The notes: generated from the letters alone by a model not told the origin. Shown: positions 10,258 to 22,133, counted from the stretch's first letter. The stretch is DNA of 39,764 nucleotides from Chrysochromulina tobinii (GCA_001275005.1 JWZX01003111.1:1-39764); one strand, 5' to 3'. Translations and numbers: made by a program.

Positions 10258-11894
10258 ATGCCGGGGGGAGCCCATGAGAACATGCGGGGCTGGAGTCCCG
10301 AGGAGGACGGGCTTTTGCTCGACCTGATCCAGGTGCACAGCCGCATCACCCCCCATGACAGCCCCAAGCCCCCAGATCTGGGACTACCTGCCGGCGCTTG
10401 GTTTTTTCCAATGGGGGTCTGGGCCTGTCTCACTCCCGTCCGAACCGAATCCTCCCGCGGTCGCAGAAATCGGGCAAGCGCTGGAAACTGATCGCCGAGG
10501 CGCTAGTCGATCACACGTCGGGCCACGAGCGCACCCCCGCGATGGTGCGCAACCGCTACCTGCGCATCGAGCGCGGCCGAGAGCTGACAGAGCAAGGGAA
10601 ATCGAAAAACCGCTGCGGCCAGTGCGGCCAGCTCAAGCGCGGGCACGTGTGTCAGGCGCCGCGTGCGCTCGTGAGCACCTCCTACCAGGCGCAAGAGGCG
10701 CAGCACGAGGTCCATCGGTTGCGCGTTGGCGACCCCTTTGGCGCCGGCATCAACATCGGCAGCGCCGGTGGCCTCAACATCGGCAGCGGCGGCGGCCTCA
10801 ACATGGTGGCCATCGGCCAGCATGTGGCGCCGAATGACCCCACGTATGGCGTGCCCACCTTGATGGTCACGGCTGCGCCACAGGCTCATCACTGGGGGAT
10901 CGGAGGGGTGGTGCCCTCTAACGCGAACCCTGCGTCAGCGGCGCCCGCCGCGGCGCCCGACTCGGCAGCCTTCGGTCCCCCGATGCTGCGTCCTCAGGAG
11001 TCGATGGATCTGCTCGCATTCGTGGCTGAGCACGCCACGCAGCCCGCGCAGAAGACCGAGGTGCCCTCGATCGACGACGACGAGCTTCCGAGCATGGGGT
11101 TGAGCGGCGAGCTCCCGCCTGCCCCCGCAGCACCTGCCCCAGCAGGCGGAGGTCACTTTGGAAGCGCCGCCACCGCCGGCGGCATCAGCCTGAGCTTCGG
11201 CGGTGGCGGTGTGGGCTTCGGCGGCATGGGCGGCGGCACGATCTCATTCGACGCGGGCGGCGTGGGCGGCAGGGGTGCCCAGCCGCCCTACGTGGGCGCC
11301 GGCGTTTGGCGCGCGAGCTCGGGTTCGTTTGGGCTGGGCGCGCCTGTTCTCAGCACGACGCCCTCTCTCTCGGGAGCCTCGCCGCTGCCGATGGCGCCCG
11401 GCGGCCTCGCTGCCGCCCTCTCGCCGGCGGGGATGGCTGCCGCGGGCTCGCTCGCGGCGCACCCCGGGGTGCCGACCGCTTTTGGCGGCGGTGGCACGTA
11501 CGTCGATATCGGGCTGCAGCTGCAGCATGATGTGCAACAGCTGCAGCAGATGCAGCTGCAGCTGCAGCAGCAGCAGCTGCAGCAGCAGCAGCTGCTGCTG
11601 CCTCCGCTTCAGCCTCCGCAGCAGCCTCCGCAGCAGCCTCCGCAGCAGTTCGTGAAGAGTGCTGTAGGCTCTGCCACAGATGAGACGCATTATGTGCCCT
11701 CGTCGGCGCCATCAAACTCAAGCGAAGACGCGACATCGCCTGAAGGTGCCTATGTGTGCACTGGCGGCGTGGCAGCGGCTATGCTACATGCAGGCAGCCT
11801 GCCCGCGGCCGGCAGCTTCAAGGGTGAGCTCGTCGGGAGCACGGACAGCTTGTCGACCTCGAGCAACTCCTCTGTCAGCAACGTCGAGGTATGA
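10258..11894 (+). CDS. Single-repeat Myb/SANT protein with CxxC-GHxC zinc knuckle (about 500 aa)
   Basis: Exons 10258-10332 and 10467-11894 (GT-AG, phase 0) rebuild GWSPEEDGLLLDLIQ|KSGKRWKLIAEAL...RTPAMVRNRY. This is followed by RCGQCGQLKRGHVC and Gly/Gln-rich low-complexity regions. Confidence 0.85.
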
Positions 11895-12330
11895 ATGCCG
11901 TCCAGGAGTGATCACCGTCCACGAGTGATCGCCGTCGCGTCGCTCGCTGACAGATCACCTGAGCCTCGCCCGCTCCCGAACGCGGTCCGTGTGACCGCCC
12001 GAGGATCCCCCGGCTGCCCTGTTTGATGCGGGAGGGGACGTCACTGCGGGTTGGGTGGGGTCAGTCGTCCTCTTGTGAGCGTGCAGTCGAAAGCATGCTA
12101 CATGCTACGTCGAAGGCAAGTCATCAGGGCTCGAGAACAGGTCCATGGGTGGAGGGAGTCATGGGCGGATGCACATGGAGTCATGGGGGTAGAATGGGAT
12201 CACATGGGTGGAGTCGTCGTGGGTAAGGGTATGCGCAATCGGCAATGCCGCCGGCCGTTGGTTAACGCGCCAGAGCAAGGCAGCAGGCTCTGCGAGACCG
12301 CTAGCGAGCTCGTGCGGACGCGCGCGAGAC

Positions 12331-12373
12331 GCGACTTATGTATGCAATATTATGATTATTATACATAAGTCGC
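12331..12373. repeat. 13-bp perfect inverted repeat around an AT-rich 17-bp spacer, between convergent genes
   Basis: GCGACTTATGTAT (12331-12343) pairs with ATACATAAGTCGC (12361-12373). Confidence 0.85.
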
Positions 12374-12523
12374 AATACACATCGCACGAAACGATGGAGG
12401 CTATCGATTTACTAGCGTAGCGATCACGTGATCCTGATCGCCGATCCGTTCATCCCCTCATATTAAGCATCGCGCCGCGCCGGCGATCGCGTTTTAGTGC
12501 GGTGGGATAACTGCGCACGGGTG

Positions 12524-14059
12524 TCATGATCTCCGTCGACTGTCCGCTGGCGCTGCATGACGCGGCGTGTAGTCGCGACTCCTTCTGCTTCTCATCTGGC
12601 CTCGCATCTGGCCATCCCAGCAGTGCTCCGGCAGCTTCGGCTCGTACAAGCGGGTGAAGTTGCACCGCCCCCCCGAGCTGCTCCGGTGCGCCCCTTTGCT
12701 CTCCCAGCACTCGCACTTGGTACAGCCCATGTCCGGTACGCCCCCGCCGTTGGTCGCGTTGTCGTACGCGGACGAGGGCGGCAATTGCAGGTCGAGGGCG
12801 CAAGCCTGCTGGCCACGCGCGTGTGCACACTGGCCGGGTGGGCAGGGTGGCCCCGCACACTGCAGCCGCATGTGCACGTACGGTGCGCGCCGCCAGAGCC
12901 GCTCGGTGCGCCCTGTGAGCCATGCGAGCTGATCCCAAGGCACTCGGTGCGCGATGAGGAGACGGCGCAGATCACAAACCTCCACAAACGCATCGGCCCA
13001 CGCAAGATATTTCGGCAGAGCCACGTAGCGAAGGGTAGGATGGGCGCTCAGCCAGTAGCCGAGGTTGACGTCCTGGGGCACGCGCTCTAGGGCATGCGCG
13101 GCCCGTTTGCTGCCACCGCCGCCGACGCTACTGCCGCCCTCGGCGCCGGCGTCGGCGCCGGCGCCGCTGACGCCGCTGCTGTCGCCGCCAGCACTGCCAC
13201 CCACGTCCGCGCTCACCACATCGCCCGCTCCGGCGAGACGAGCTGCCCTGGCGGTGTCGCTCTGAAAGCGCTCCGAGCGCACGAGCCAGCGCACCACCGG
13301 CGCCGAGAGCATCACCAACGGCCCTTTGGTGAACGCAAAGGGACCGACACACCGCTCCTGGCCCGGCGAGGCGCTCGCTGCCTCACGATCCACACCCTTG
13401 CCATTTGGCTTTGGCAGCCAGCCTGCTCCGGTCGGGCTGCAGTTCCGGTAGGACGCCTGCGCGCCGAAGAGTGCGCCGCGCATCGACCGCCAGTAGGCCG
13501 TCGCCATCATTTTCTCGGTGCGCCAGCTGTAATAATCGAATCGGCCAGCGTACCACGCATCCCTGCCCGAGAGCGACGGCGAGTGAAGTAGCGTCCATGC
13601 GTACGTGAGGAGCGCGTGCGGCTGGACGAAGACGTCGTCGTCGGCGAGCGCGATCGCGGGCTCCAGCTGCGTCGACGCGTAGCGCACAAAGTGCATCGTC
13701 TTCGCATACAGTGAATATGTCGAGTAGGTTGCCACCGTTCCTCTCACGCGCCGAGAGCCGGTTTGCTTGGATTGCCGCTGTTCTTCCACAGCGGTCGACA
13801 GCACATCAGGGCGACCAGCGTCCTCGGCACCATTGCCAACCACAAACAGCACGCGTGCCGCGCCAGCGTGCGGACCGGAGCGCAACGCTCGAAGCCAAGT
13901 ACACCGCAGCGCATCGCGTCGTCCAATCAAGGCGCTTACAAGCCCGATGAGCAAATACGGTGCGGTTGGCCGCGGCGGAGGCTGCAACGCCCGCTCATGG
14001 GGCGGTTCGGTCCGGCGAGTCAGCATCTTGGGCAACGTGTCGATCGGGTCGATCGACAT
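12524..14059 (-). CDS. Glycosyltransferase, GT31 (galactosyltransferase-like) family
   Basis: LLIGLVS...RRDALRCTW, VLFVVG, KT..FVRYA, DxD motif ADDDVFV, PFAFTKGPLVMLS, QDVNLGYWL. Start uncertain (ATG at 14059 or 14026). Confidence 0.75.
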   Translation of the reverse strand: MSIDPIDTLPKMLTRRTEPPHERALQPPPRPTAPYLLIGLVSALIGRRDALRCTWLRALRSGPHAGAARVLFVVGNGAEDAGRPDVLSTAVEEQRQSKQTGSRRVRGTVATYSTYSLYAKTMHFVRYASTQLEPAIALADDDVFVQPHALLTYAWTLLHSPSLSGRDAWYAGRFDYYSWRTEKMMATAYWRSMRGALFGAQASYRNCSPTGAGWLPKPNGKGVDREAASASPGQERCVGPFAFTKGPLVMLSAPVVRWLVRSERFQSDTARAARLAGAGDVVSADVGGSAGGDSSGVSGAGADAGAEGGSSVGGGGSKRAAHALERVPQDVNLGYWLSAHPTLRYVALPKYLAWADAFVEVCDLRRLLIAHRVPWDQLAWLTGRTERLWRRAPYVHMRLQCAGPPCPPGQCAHARGQQACALDLQLPPSSAYDNATNGGGVPDMGCTKCECWESKGAHRSSSGGRCNFTRLYEPKLPEHCWDGQMRGQMRSRRSRDYTPRHAAPADSRRRS

Positions 14060-14233
14060 CGGTACGATGCGGCTTCGATTCGACTTGGAACTAATTGTGG
14101 GCCGCCAGCCCCCCTTACGAAGTTCCCCCACAGTCTTCTGTGGAATCGGCTCGTCTCTGCATTTTGTCGATTTTGAAGAAGTTTCAAGGAAACATCCGCA
14201 TCGCGACTGCCGCTCGCGCGGCGCTTGCCCCGA

Positions 14234-15289
14234 ATGGAGGCTTTCTTGTTCGCTCTCTTGCAACCCGCGGCGCTCGTCGTGCAGTCGGGCGGCCGCTCGC
14301 TCGGCACGCTCAAGGTCAGTGACGTGGGCCTGGGCACCCTCAACCTCCCATTGGGAGACGAGAAGCCACCGGCGGCTGCTGAGGCGCTGGCCGCTGCCAT
14401 CGGTGCCGGATGCAACTTTGTAGACACGGCGGAGGCCTACGGATTTGGCGTGTCCGAGCGACAGACGCGTTGGGCTGCGGAGCAGGCTGGCGTCAAGATC
14501 GGATGCGGGAAGGGTGAGCTGCAGGTTGCAACGAAATTCGCTCCTGTGCCCTGGCGCCCCGGTGCGGAGTCGGTCGTTGAGGCATGCCGGCAGAGTGCGG
14601 AGCGCCTCGGCGTTAAGACGATTCCTTTGTACCAGATTCACTTCCCTGACATCATACAGCCGTTCTCGGCGTTAGGGTTGAGTCGTCGCAAGGACGAGGA
14701 GTACTGGATGGGGTTGGCGAGGTGCTATGAGGAGGGCCTCGCAGCCAATGTTGCAGTCTGCAACTACGGGCCAACCATGGTCACACGCGTGCACGAGTTC
14801 CTCGCCAAGCGCAACATTCCACTCGCAAGCAACCAAATCAACTTCTCGCTCCTCTATCGCAAGGCGTCGGCGGCTACGGTGGAGCGCTGCGCCGAGCTCG
14901 ACGTGCCAGTGATCGCTTACTTCCCACTCGCCAACGGCCTCCTCGCGGGCCGGTACGACGCCGACAGCATGCCCAGGTTCCCAAAGTCGCTGACGATGAA
15001 GAAGTATGTGGTCGGCGGTACCGAAGGGTACGGCGCGGGCTACCTGCCCCTCCTCACGGAGCTACGGCGCGTAGCGGCTGCTAGGGGTAAGACGGTCGCT
15101 CAGGTGAGCCTCAACTGGTGCGTGTGCAAGGGTGCCATCCCCATTCCCGGAGCGCGTGATGGCGCGATGGCGTCCGACAATCTCGGCTCGATGGGATGGC
15201 GCCTGGACGACGCCGAGGTGCGCGCGCTGGAACGGGCGGCGGATGCGATCGGCTTCGAGTTCTCGTCCGGAGGGTTCAAGCTTGAGTAG
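14234..15289 (+). CDS. Aldo-keto reductase (pyridoxal-reductase-like), probably with a targeting peptide
   Basis: GLGT, FVDTAEAYG, VATKF and LYQIHFP supply the Asp-Tyr-Lys-His tetrad; also SNQINFSLL, IAYFPLANGLL and IPIPG. Confidence 0.92.
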   Translation: MEAFLFALLQPAALVVQSGGRSLGTLKVSDVGLGTLNLPLGDEKPPAAAEALAAAIGAGCNFVDTAEAYGFGVSERQTRWAAEQAGVKIGCGKGELQVATKFAPVPWRPGAESVVEACRQSAERLGVKTIPLYQIHFPDIIQPFSALGLSRRKDEEYWMGLARCYEEGLAANVAVCNYGPTMVTRVHEFLAKRNIPLASNQINFSLLYRKASAATVERCAELDVPVIAYFPLANGLLAGRYDADSMPRFPKSLTMKKYVVGGTEGYGAGYLPLLTELRRVAAARGKTVAQVSLNWCVCKGAIPIPGARDGAMASDNLGSMGWRLDDAEVRALERAADAIGFEFSSGGFKLE

Positions 15290-15387
15290 TGTGTCAAGGA
15301 CAGCAGGGCGACCCGATTGACAGCTATTCAATTCACAGCCATGTTTTATTCAATTCACAGCTTTAGGCGTTTCCCCTCGGAGCAAGC

Positions 15388-16899
15388 ATGCGAATGACAC
15401 CCAAGTCACGCAAGACGGCGTCGCTGCCGTCGCTTGACCGGTCATCCACGGCGGCGTCGACGACCAATACGCCGACCTCCGCCGGTCAACACGTCCTGCA
15501 ATGGTTGCCGCCGCAGCTGCTGAAGGAGGACGCGCGGCTGAAGCAGGCCACAAGCGCGGTCAACTCGGTGATCATGGCATCCTGGCTGTCGGAATTCGAT
15601 TCGCAGAGCGCGATGAAGAGCCCCGCGCTCTTCATCGAGATGCAGCTGCGGCAGGCGATTGCGGCCACCTCGGGCGGGCGCCGTCCCGACCGCTTTCGCA
15701 CAGCGTGCGTGTGCGAGTGCCTATTGAGGCTGCCCGCCGCAGCGGGCAACTTTGCGGGCGTGCTGCAGCTGCTGCGCACGGAGCTGCTGCACGCCGTGTA
15801 CGTCAACCACGAGGACATCGAGCGTCGGCGCCGGCGCATCGACGCGCAGTCGCTGCTCGAATGCAAGACGTACTTCGACGAGGTTGCGGTGCTGCACGCG
15901 CGGATCTCCGACCTGGAAGAGCAGCTTGCAGACTGGCACCGCACGAAGCAGGAGCTCGCGCAGGACGTGGACGGGCGCAACGAGCTGCTCCGGCTCGCGC
16001 TCAACCGCTGGAACATGGTGCTCAGCACCGTCAAGTCGGAGGCCTTGCGGGAAAAGGCGGAGGTGCAGGACACCGCCAAGAAGCTCTCTGCACTCCTCGA
16101 TTCGATGCAGCAGCACTCGCGCGCGATCGACGAGCTGCAGCGGCTCTCGCTGCTCGACCCCATGAACCGGTTGCACGCGCAGGTGGGCGCGCTCGGCGCG
16201 GGCACACGCCACAAGGTGCTCGTCGCCCTCCTCGATTCGTACGGCCGAAGCACACTCGGCAAGGCAGCGGACGATGAGCGCATTGGCGTGCTGCACAAGC
16301 TCCTGAGCGGCATGGAGTTGGACGAGCGGCGAGCTCTCGTGCTGCGGTTGGCGGCCCACGAGGGGCTCGTGGGCGCCCTGCCGCCCATGCTCGCCGCCCT
16401 CTTCTCCGGGATGAGAACCGACGATGCCGAGGCTCATTTGATCGAGCAATGCCGCTGGCACGCGAGCCGCCTGCCCGAGGGCGCCAAATGGCGATTCCGT
16501 CAGGCGCTCGAGCAGCAGCTGCACGATGAGGCGGTGCCGGCCGAGCACGCAAAGAGCACGAGCACACAGGCGGGTCCTGGGCTGCGCATCTACGCCGACG
16601 CGAGCGCCCAGTGCGGCGCCAAGGACGTCAACGACCACGCAGATCTGCTGGCGGCGGTGGCGGCTGAGGTGGGTCCCGCCGCCGTTCATTCGCTGCCGCT
16701 CGCCCTAGTGGCAATGGACGACGAGTACAAGAAGGGCAGGGGCGCGTTCGATGAGCTCGCGCTGCGCCCGCTCGTCAAGGCACTCGAACTCGAGATTGCC
16801 AAGCTGCGAGGTGCGCGACGCGACAAGGCCGCCGATGCGATGCGCGCCCGCGCGGCGGCGCCCGACTCATCGCCCCCGGGGGCAGGGCATAGGCCATAG
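15388..16899 (+). CDS. Coiled-coil protein, N-terminus weakly TSNAXIP1-like
   Basis: 503-aa ORF with GC3-biased codons and a heptad-rich middle. The family call is tentative, and the 3' end may splice to a further exon near 16960-17279. Confidence 0.6.
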   Translation: MRMTPKSRKTASLPSLDRSSTAASTTNTPTSAGQHVLQWLPPQLLKEDARLKQATSAVNSVIMASWLSEFDSQSAMKSPALFIEMQLRQAIAATSGGRRPDRFRTACVCECLLRLPAAAGNFAGVLQLLRTELLHAVYVNHEDIERRRRRIDAQSLLECKTYFDEVAVLHARISDLEEQLADWHRTKQELAQDVDGRNELLRLALNRWNMVLSTVKSEALREKAEVQDTAKKLSALLDSMQQHSRAIDELQRLSLLDPMNRLHAQVGALGAGTRHKVLVALLDSYGRSTLGKAADDERIGVLHKLLSGMELDERRALVLRLAAHEGLVGALPPMLAALFSGMRTDDAEAHLIEQCRWHASRLPEGAKWRFRQALEQQLHDEAVPAEHAKSTSTQAGPGLRIYADASAQCGAKDVNDHADLLAAVAAEVGPAAVHSLPLALVAMDDEYKKGRGAFDELALRPLVKALELEIAKLRGARRDKAADAMRARAAAPDSSPPGAGHRP

Positions 16900-17691
16900 T
16901 CGATACGGCGTTCGCACTCGGCGCAGTACCACATAAATGTGCGTGCAATGCGTCTCCGCTAGCTCCGAGGACCCCTGGACGCCCCGCCTCTCGCCTGATC
17001 ACTGTCGGCGGCGCACGTGTGGCGACGAGAGTGGCAGTTATTGCTTCCGCGTTAGATCCGGACAGAGGCACCCCGAGGTAACCCCGAGAGTCGCCGCCCG
17101 CGCCGGCGCGGGCGCGCCGGCCGCGATCACTCTTAACCGGCGAGCTTTGCGGCTCCCGTCCGGCCGCGGCCTCCCGGGCGGGCGCGCAGCAGGACCACAG
17201 CGCACAGGCCGTGCGGCAGGAGGAGGAGCGGCCAGCGGAGCGCCAGCGCGGCCGCCCGCACGCGCCACCCTCACACTGACAGGTGCCGCGGCCTCCGGCG
17301 GGTCGACTCATACGAATCATATATACGTCATGACTCATAGATAGTGTGGAGTCAATCGCCGTACCCGCAGTAACGTTTGAAGTACTCACCCGTTCGTAGT
17401 CGGTAGTGTATAACAGAAACACGTGCGGGCAGCCGCGCGCGCCGCCGGTCGATAATCCAAAACACACGACGCGAGAAGAGATGCGCACCGCCTTTCGCGC
17501 GCTCCCCGGCATCGCCGAGCGGACGTATGTCAACCGGCGCGCGCGAACGCGCCTCGGGCATCCCCCTCCCCTCCACATGCTTCTGGGCGTACGGCACCAC
17601 ACGAGTTACGTCACCGGTCCTCCGCGCCAAAGAACATGCCCTAAACATGCGAGCGCGACAATGAGCGCCATGGCGAGCGCCGCCCCTCCCA

Positions 17692-20600
17692 TCAGTCAGT
17701 CTGCCCCGGGGTGCGCTTGTCCTTGAGCGCGGCAGCGTACACCCACACGCTCGTCACGTTGTTAGGGTACGCGTGCACGTACGCGGCGATGGCAAACTGG
17801 ATCTTGGGACCATCGACCAGGTAGAGTCGCGTATGTTGGAGCTGCTGGATAAGTGCATCAAGGTCGGGCGCCGGGTTCTCCGGGTTGGTGTCCAGCGGCG
17901 CGGCCAGAGACGTGTTCAGCGGGAAGCCTTGGAGCCCGAAGGTGGCCATCACCTTCTCGAGCTTGTCGTCGTGCACCGCCTGCGAGATCTCTGCGCCGCC
18001 GCTCGCCGCCGCTTCGAAGCGCTTGAGGATCTCCTTGAGGGTTCGCGAGACAGAGCTGTTCCAGTCGGTGGGCCGATGGCCGCGCGCGTCCTCGAACTCC
18101 TTGCGCAGTCGCTCCTCAACCTCGGACTCGAGATTAGCGCGGTACTCCTCGGCGGTGCGACGGTACTCGAGTTGGTCGGGCACCTGGAGCGACTGCAGCG
18201 TCTTTGGCGCTTTGAAGCCCCTGGCAAGGCTGGTCGCGACGCCCTCGGGGGCGAAGAAGGGCTTCCAGCACTTTGGATCGTTGAAGATCCAGGACATCTC
18301 GGCGGGGCGCTCAAACAGCTGGATGTTGGCCCACAGGTTGTTGTCGTCAAAGACACAGCCGACGGTGAGCAGGGGACATGCCGAGAGAGGCTCGGTGCGC
18401 GCCCCACGCGGGTCCGGGTCGCGCGCGTACACCATGTTTCGGTTCGCGTCCCACAGCTTGATGTCGGGCCCGTCCCGCGTGAGCACGTAATACACCTCGC
18501 CTTCGGGCATCTGATCGCCGATGACCACGTACGCCTTCTTGCCGATGCCGAGGAACAGGTTGCACAGCAGCAGCGCGTGCTCTTCGGTGTCGCCCGCGCA
18601 CAGGTCGAGGAAGGAGCGCGTCGTGTTCCACACGTCGAGCGCCACGCCGAGCGCCGAGTCGTCCAAAAATGGGATGCAGCTGACGAAGCGGAGCAGGGTG
18701 CGCTCATCACGGGGGAGCAGGTCGGCTGCCGGCGGCGGCTGCGGGCGCACGAAGCGGCACACGAGCGCCTTCTCCCCGGTGGCCGTGGGGGCGAAGACGG
18801 TGATCGGTCGCTCGCGATGGCGCGCGGCCGGCGGGGTGAGCCGCTTGCAATCCTTGCTCCAGTTGATCGAGAAGTCGCCCATCTCCTGGTCCGCTCGAGA
18901 GAAGCGCGGAGGCGATTTCTCGACGAGCTTGGGCAGCAGGGGGTTGATGGTGACGAAGAGCTGGAGCGCGGCGTTGGGCACGAGCTTGCGCGAGCTCGAG
19001 CGCGCGTCCTTGACGTAGCCGAGCAAGATCGGCGGCAGATCGAGGGAGAAGACCCCCTTGACCTCGCCCGCGCGGTACAGGCTCGCAAACGGCAGCGTGA
19101 ACGAGCCGAGCCAGCGCTGCTCCTCGCGCAGTGTGCGCACGCTCGTGTCGCGAGGGTCGCTCGAGACACCTTCGGAGCGGTCGAAAAGGTTGAAGGTCAC
19201 GTCCGCCTTCAGGTTGAGCACCGCCGACTGGTCGAACGTCTCGCCCGCAGGCAGCGTGAGCGGGAAGGAGAAGCGCTGGTTGAACATGGGCGATGAGCCC
19301 GCCTTGACGTCGGTGCGCATAGTGCGGCCCTGGAAGGCGATCTCGACGAACAGCCGAGTGCGGTTTGCGTCGGCCGCCGAGCCGGCTCGTATTGGCAGGT
19401 CCACGCCCTGCTGGACAGCGACCTCGACTGTGCGCGGCACGTCCTTCGCGACGTCGCCGGGCTTGCGCTTCATCGGCATCGGGCGCAGCTTGCGATGGGA
19501 GGCGAAGGCCTTCTCGAGAATCTCGTTCAGATTGAACTTGAAGAATTCGACCTCGCGCAGCGGCTCGCGCACCACGTCTTTGGTCGTGAGCACGAATAGG
19601 TTGCCCGTCTTGGCGCGTTGCTGGCGCGCGACGACGCCCTTGGCCCACGAGCGTACGCGGTTCTTGTGCTTCGTCTGGTCCTCAAGCACTTCCTCCTCCT
19701 CGCGCGCACTCGCGCTCGTCGCGAGGCCGGTGAGAAGGTCTCGCTGCGCTGCCGACATCTCGGCATCCCGGAGAGGCACCCCACGCTCGGTCTGTGAGAG
19801 AAGGAGCCAATCGCCCGGCCGGTCGCGCCGGATCTGGAGGAGCTGCAACCGGTCCGAGAGGAACCAATCTTTGACCAGCTGCAGCTCCTTGGCGAACCGG
19901 AAGGCGCGGAAGCCGCGCGCGCGCGCGCCGCCGCGCGAGAGCAACGCGAAGAGCGGCACGTCCGACGGCGCGTTTGGGTCGAGGTCCTCAGCGCGGACGT
20001 GCTCGCGCACACGCATCATGTCAAGGGACCCAAACGCGCTGCCGGTGTCGCCGCGGGCCACTGAGGCCGTGTACGAGGCCGACGGCACCGACGGTGAGCC
20101 CGCGCGCGCGGGTGGGGTGGCCCAGGCCACGGAGACATTGACCTGGCCGCACAGGCATCGAATGGGATGCAAGGCCACCTCGCCCTCGTGCCGGGGCTTC
20201 TCATCCGGCGCGCGCTTCGTCTCGCCAAAGGGGCGCTCCGACGCAAACGAGTATTGCTCCCAGCGCGGTGCGGCGGGCGAGGCGGCGGCGGGCACAGCGA
20301 GGAAGACTTCAGAGAGCAGCGAGTCTGCAAAGCCCGACCACTTGCGCTGCCAGAGCTGTAGCGAGAGCGTACGTGGCGCCTGGAGCATCTGCAGCTGCAC
20401 GCACGTGTTGAAGCGGCAGCAAAAGTCGAGCGGGTGGATGAGCGTCGACTCCGTCTGCCCGACAACCCGCCCGTCGACGAGGAGCACAGCATACAGCTCC
20501 ACCCGCGACGCGGCCTCGAGCCGCCGACGCTCGTCGAGGGGTAGTAGGACGTAGTCGGATGCTGGCGACTCCTCGGTATACACGGGCACTAGGGTGCGCT

Positions 20601-22133
20601 CGTCCGGCGCCCGGCGCAGCGCCACTTGGCGCTCGGCAATGGCGGCGCGCGCCTGCGCCTCGTCAAAAGGGGCTTCGCGCGCCGCCGGGCCGCCCGCGTC
20701 ACGCGCCGTATTGAGCACATGCAGCAGCCGCCGCTCGCTGAGCTCCTGCTCGAGCTCGTCGGCGAGGTCTTCGGGCTCGTCGAGCAGCTGTACCTGCAGC
20801 TTGGCGCGCGTGGCGCTGAACTGCTGCTGCTCGCGCTCGCGCTTGATCCGATGCCACAGATCGAGCATTCGTCGGGCGAGCAGCCGGTGCGCGCACTCGA
20901 TCTCATCGCGCTCCTGTCGTGTCTTGAGCAGCTCGACCGCCAACCTCCGAGCGGTCTCCATCTCGGCTGGGCTCGTCGGCCGGCTCGTGCTCAGGTTAGG
21001 CTCCAGGCGGCGGCGGAGGTCGATCACGCGCCGTCGGCAGATGTGGAGCGTCTCTCGTTGATGCAACTCCCCGAGCTGCTCGGCGAGCGAGCGCAGCCGG
21101 CGCTGCGAGCAAAAGGGAAAGGGCATCGGAGGCCAATCAGTGGGACGTGTAAGGCATCGGCGGTCAGCCGGTGGGACTTGAAGGGACCTCCGCGGCCATC
21201 AGAGGCACTCCGCCGCGTCACCTGCAGCGTATGTTCCTCGCGGAAGTACGGATGATCGTGCAGCTGCAGCAGACCGATGGCGACCTGCAGCGTGTGCGGC
21301 TGAGCCGAGGCACGCGACGCCGCGTCGACCAGGTGGCGGCTCGGCCGCACGTGCTTGAGCTCGACAGCGGACGCCATGCCCGGGTGCGTAGGGCGCACAC
21401 GCACGTGGCGTACGGGATCGCCTTGGCGCCGCACCACACCAGCGGTGATGCGACGGATTTTCGATGGAGGCGTGAACTCGCTGCCCTCGGTGGCGCCGAG
21501 CCGCTCGGCGTGCCGGTGCTGCGCGCGCGCACTCATATGCGGCATCGCCTCCACGTGCAGCCCGTCCGCAGCATCGCGATCCCTGAACAGCGCCGTACTG
21601 GTCGAGAGGCTGAGCGCCGAGGCCAGGAAGCCGTTTGAGCGCGGTCCGCTCCTCGGCACGCAGTACAGGCCCGCCTCCACCGCGGCGCTTGGCGGCGCAA
21701 AGGTGGGCCGCGCGGGTTCGGTCAGGCCCATCATCAGCAACGAGTGCTCCTCCTGCTCATCCGTCGTCTTCTCGCGCTTATTCGGGACGAGTGCTGCACT
21801 GGCGCCAGCGTCCTCGCGGTCCTCGCCGTCGTCGTCGTCCTCGCCGTCGTCCACACCGTCGTCATCGTTGTCGTCGTCGTCGTTGTCCTTGGCTGCGCCC
21901 TGAGGAGACTTTGCGCGCGGAGTAGACTTTGCTACCGGAGTCGACGCCCCAGCGGGCCTGTTTTCTTTCTTGCCAAAGAGGCCACGCGCACGCTCTTTGG
22001 CCGCCTCGAGGCCTCTCCGTGCGCGGGCCGCCTGTTTGGTGCGCAACGGCGACTGCTCACCGTCCGACGCGTCGTCGTCGTCCGGAGTGGCCATGCGCGG
22101 CCGCTCACGAGTGCGGCGAGGCGGCGTGCTCAT
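17692..22133 (-). CDS. CC2D2A: Coiled-coil and C2 domain-containing protein 2A (MKS6), ciliary transition zone (about 1440 aa)
   Basis: Exons 22133-21222 and 21102-17692 (GT-AG, phase 0; HPYFREEHTLQ|RRLRSL). C2 domain VEVAVQQGVDLPIR...FVEIAFQG...RWLGSFTLPF, signature FLDLCAGDTEEHALLLCNLFL, and terminal HAYPNNVTSVWVY. Confidence 0.92.

Noticed and set aside
12143..12225. Degenerate CATGGG repeats in the Myb 3' region
   Set aside because: Irregular low-complexity repeat with no structure or coding signal.
14060..14641. N-terminal 194 aa of the 705-aa ORF overlapping the aldo-keto reductase
   Set aside because: It is the antisense shadow of the reductase plus the shared promoter. GT31 similarity only begins after about 14030.
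16937..17344. 135-aa ORF as an independent gene
   Set aside because: Low-complexity Arg/Gly/Pro translation with no family. It may be UTR or a terminal exon of the upstream gene; I could not fix splice sites.
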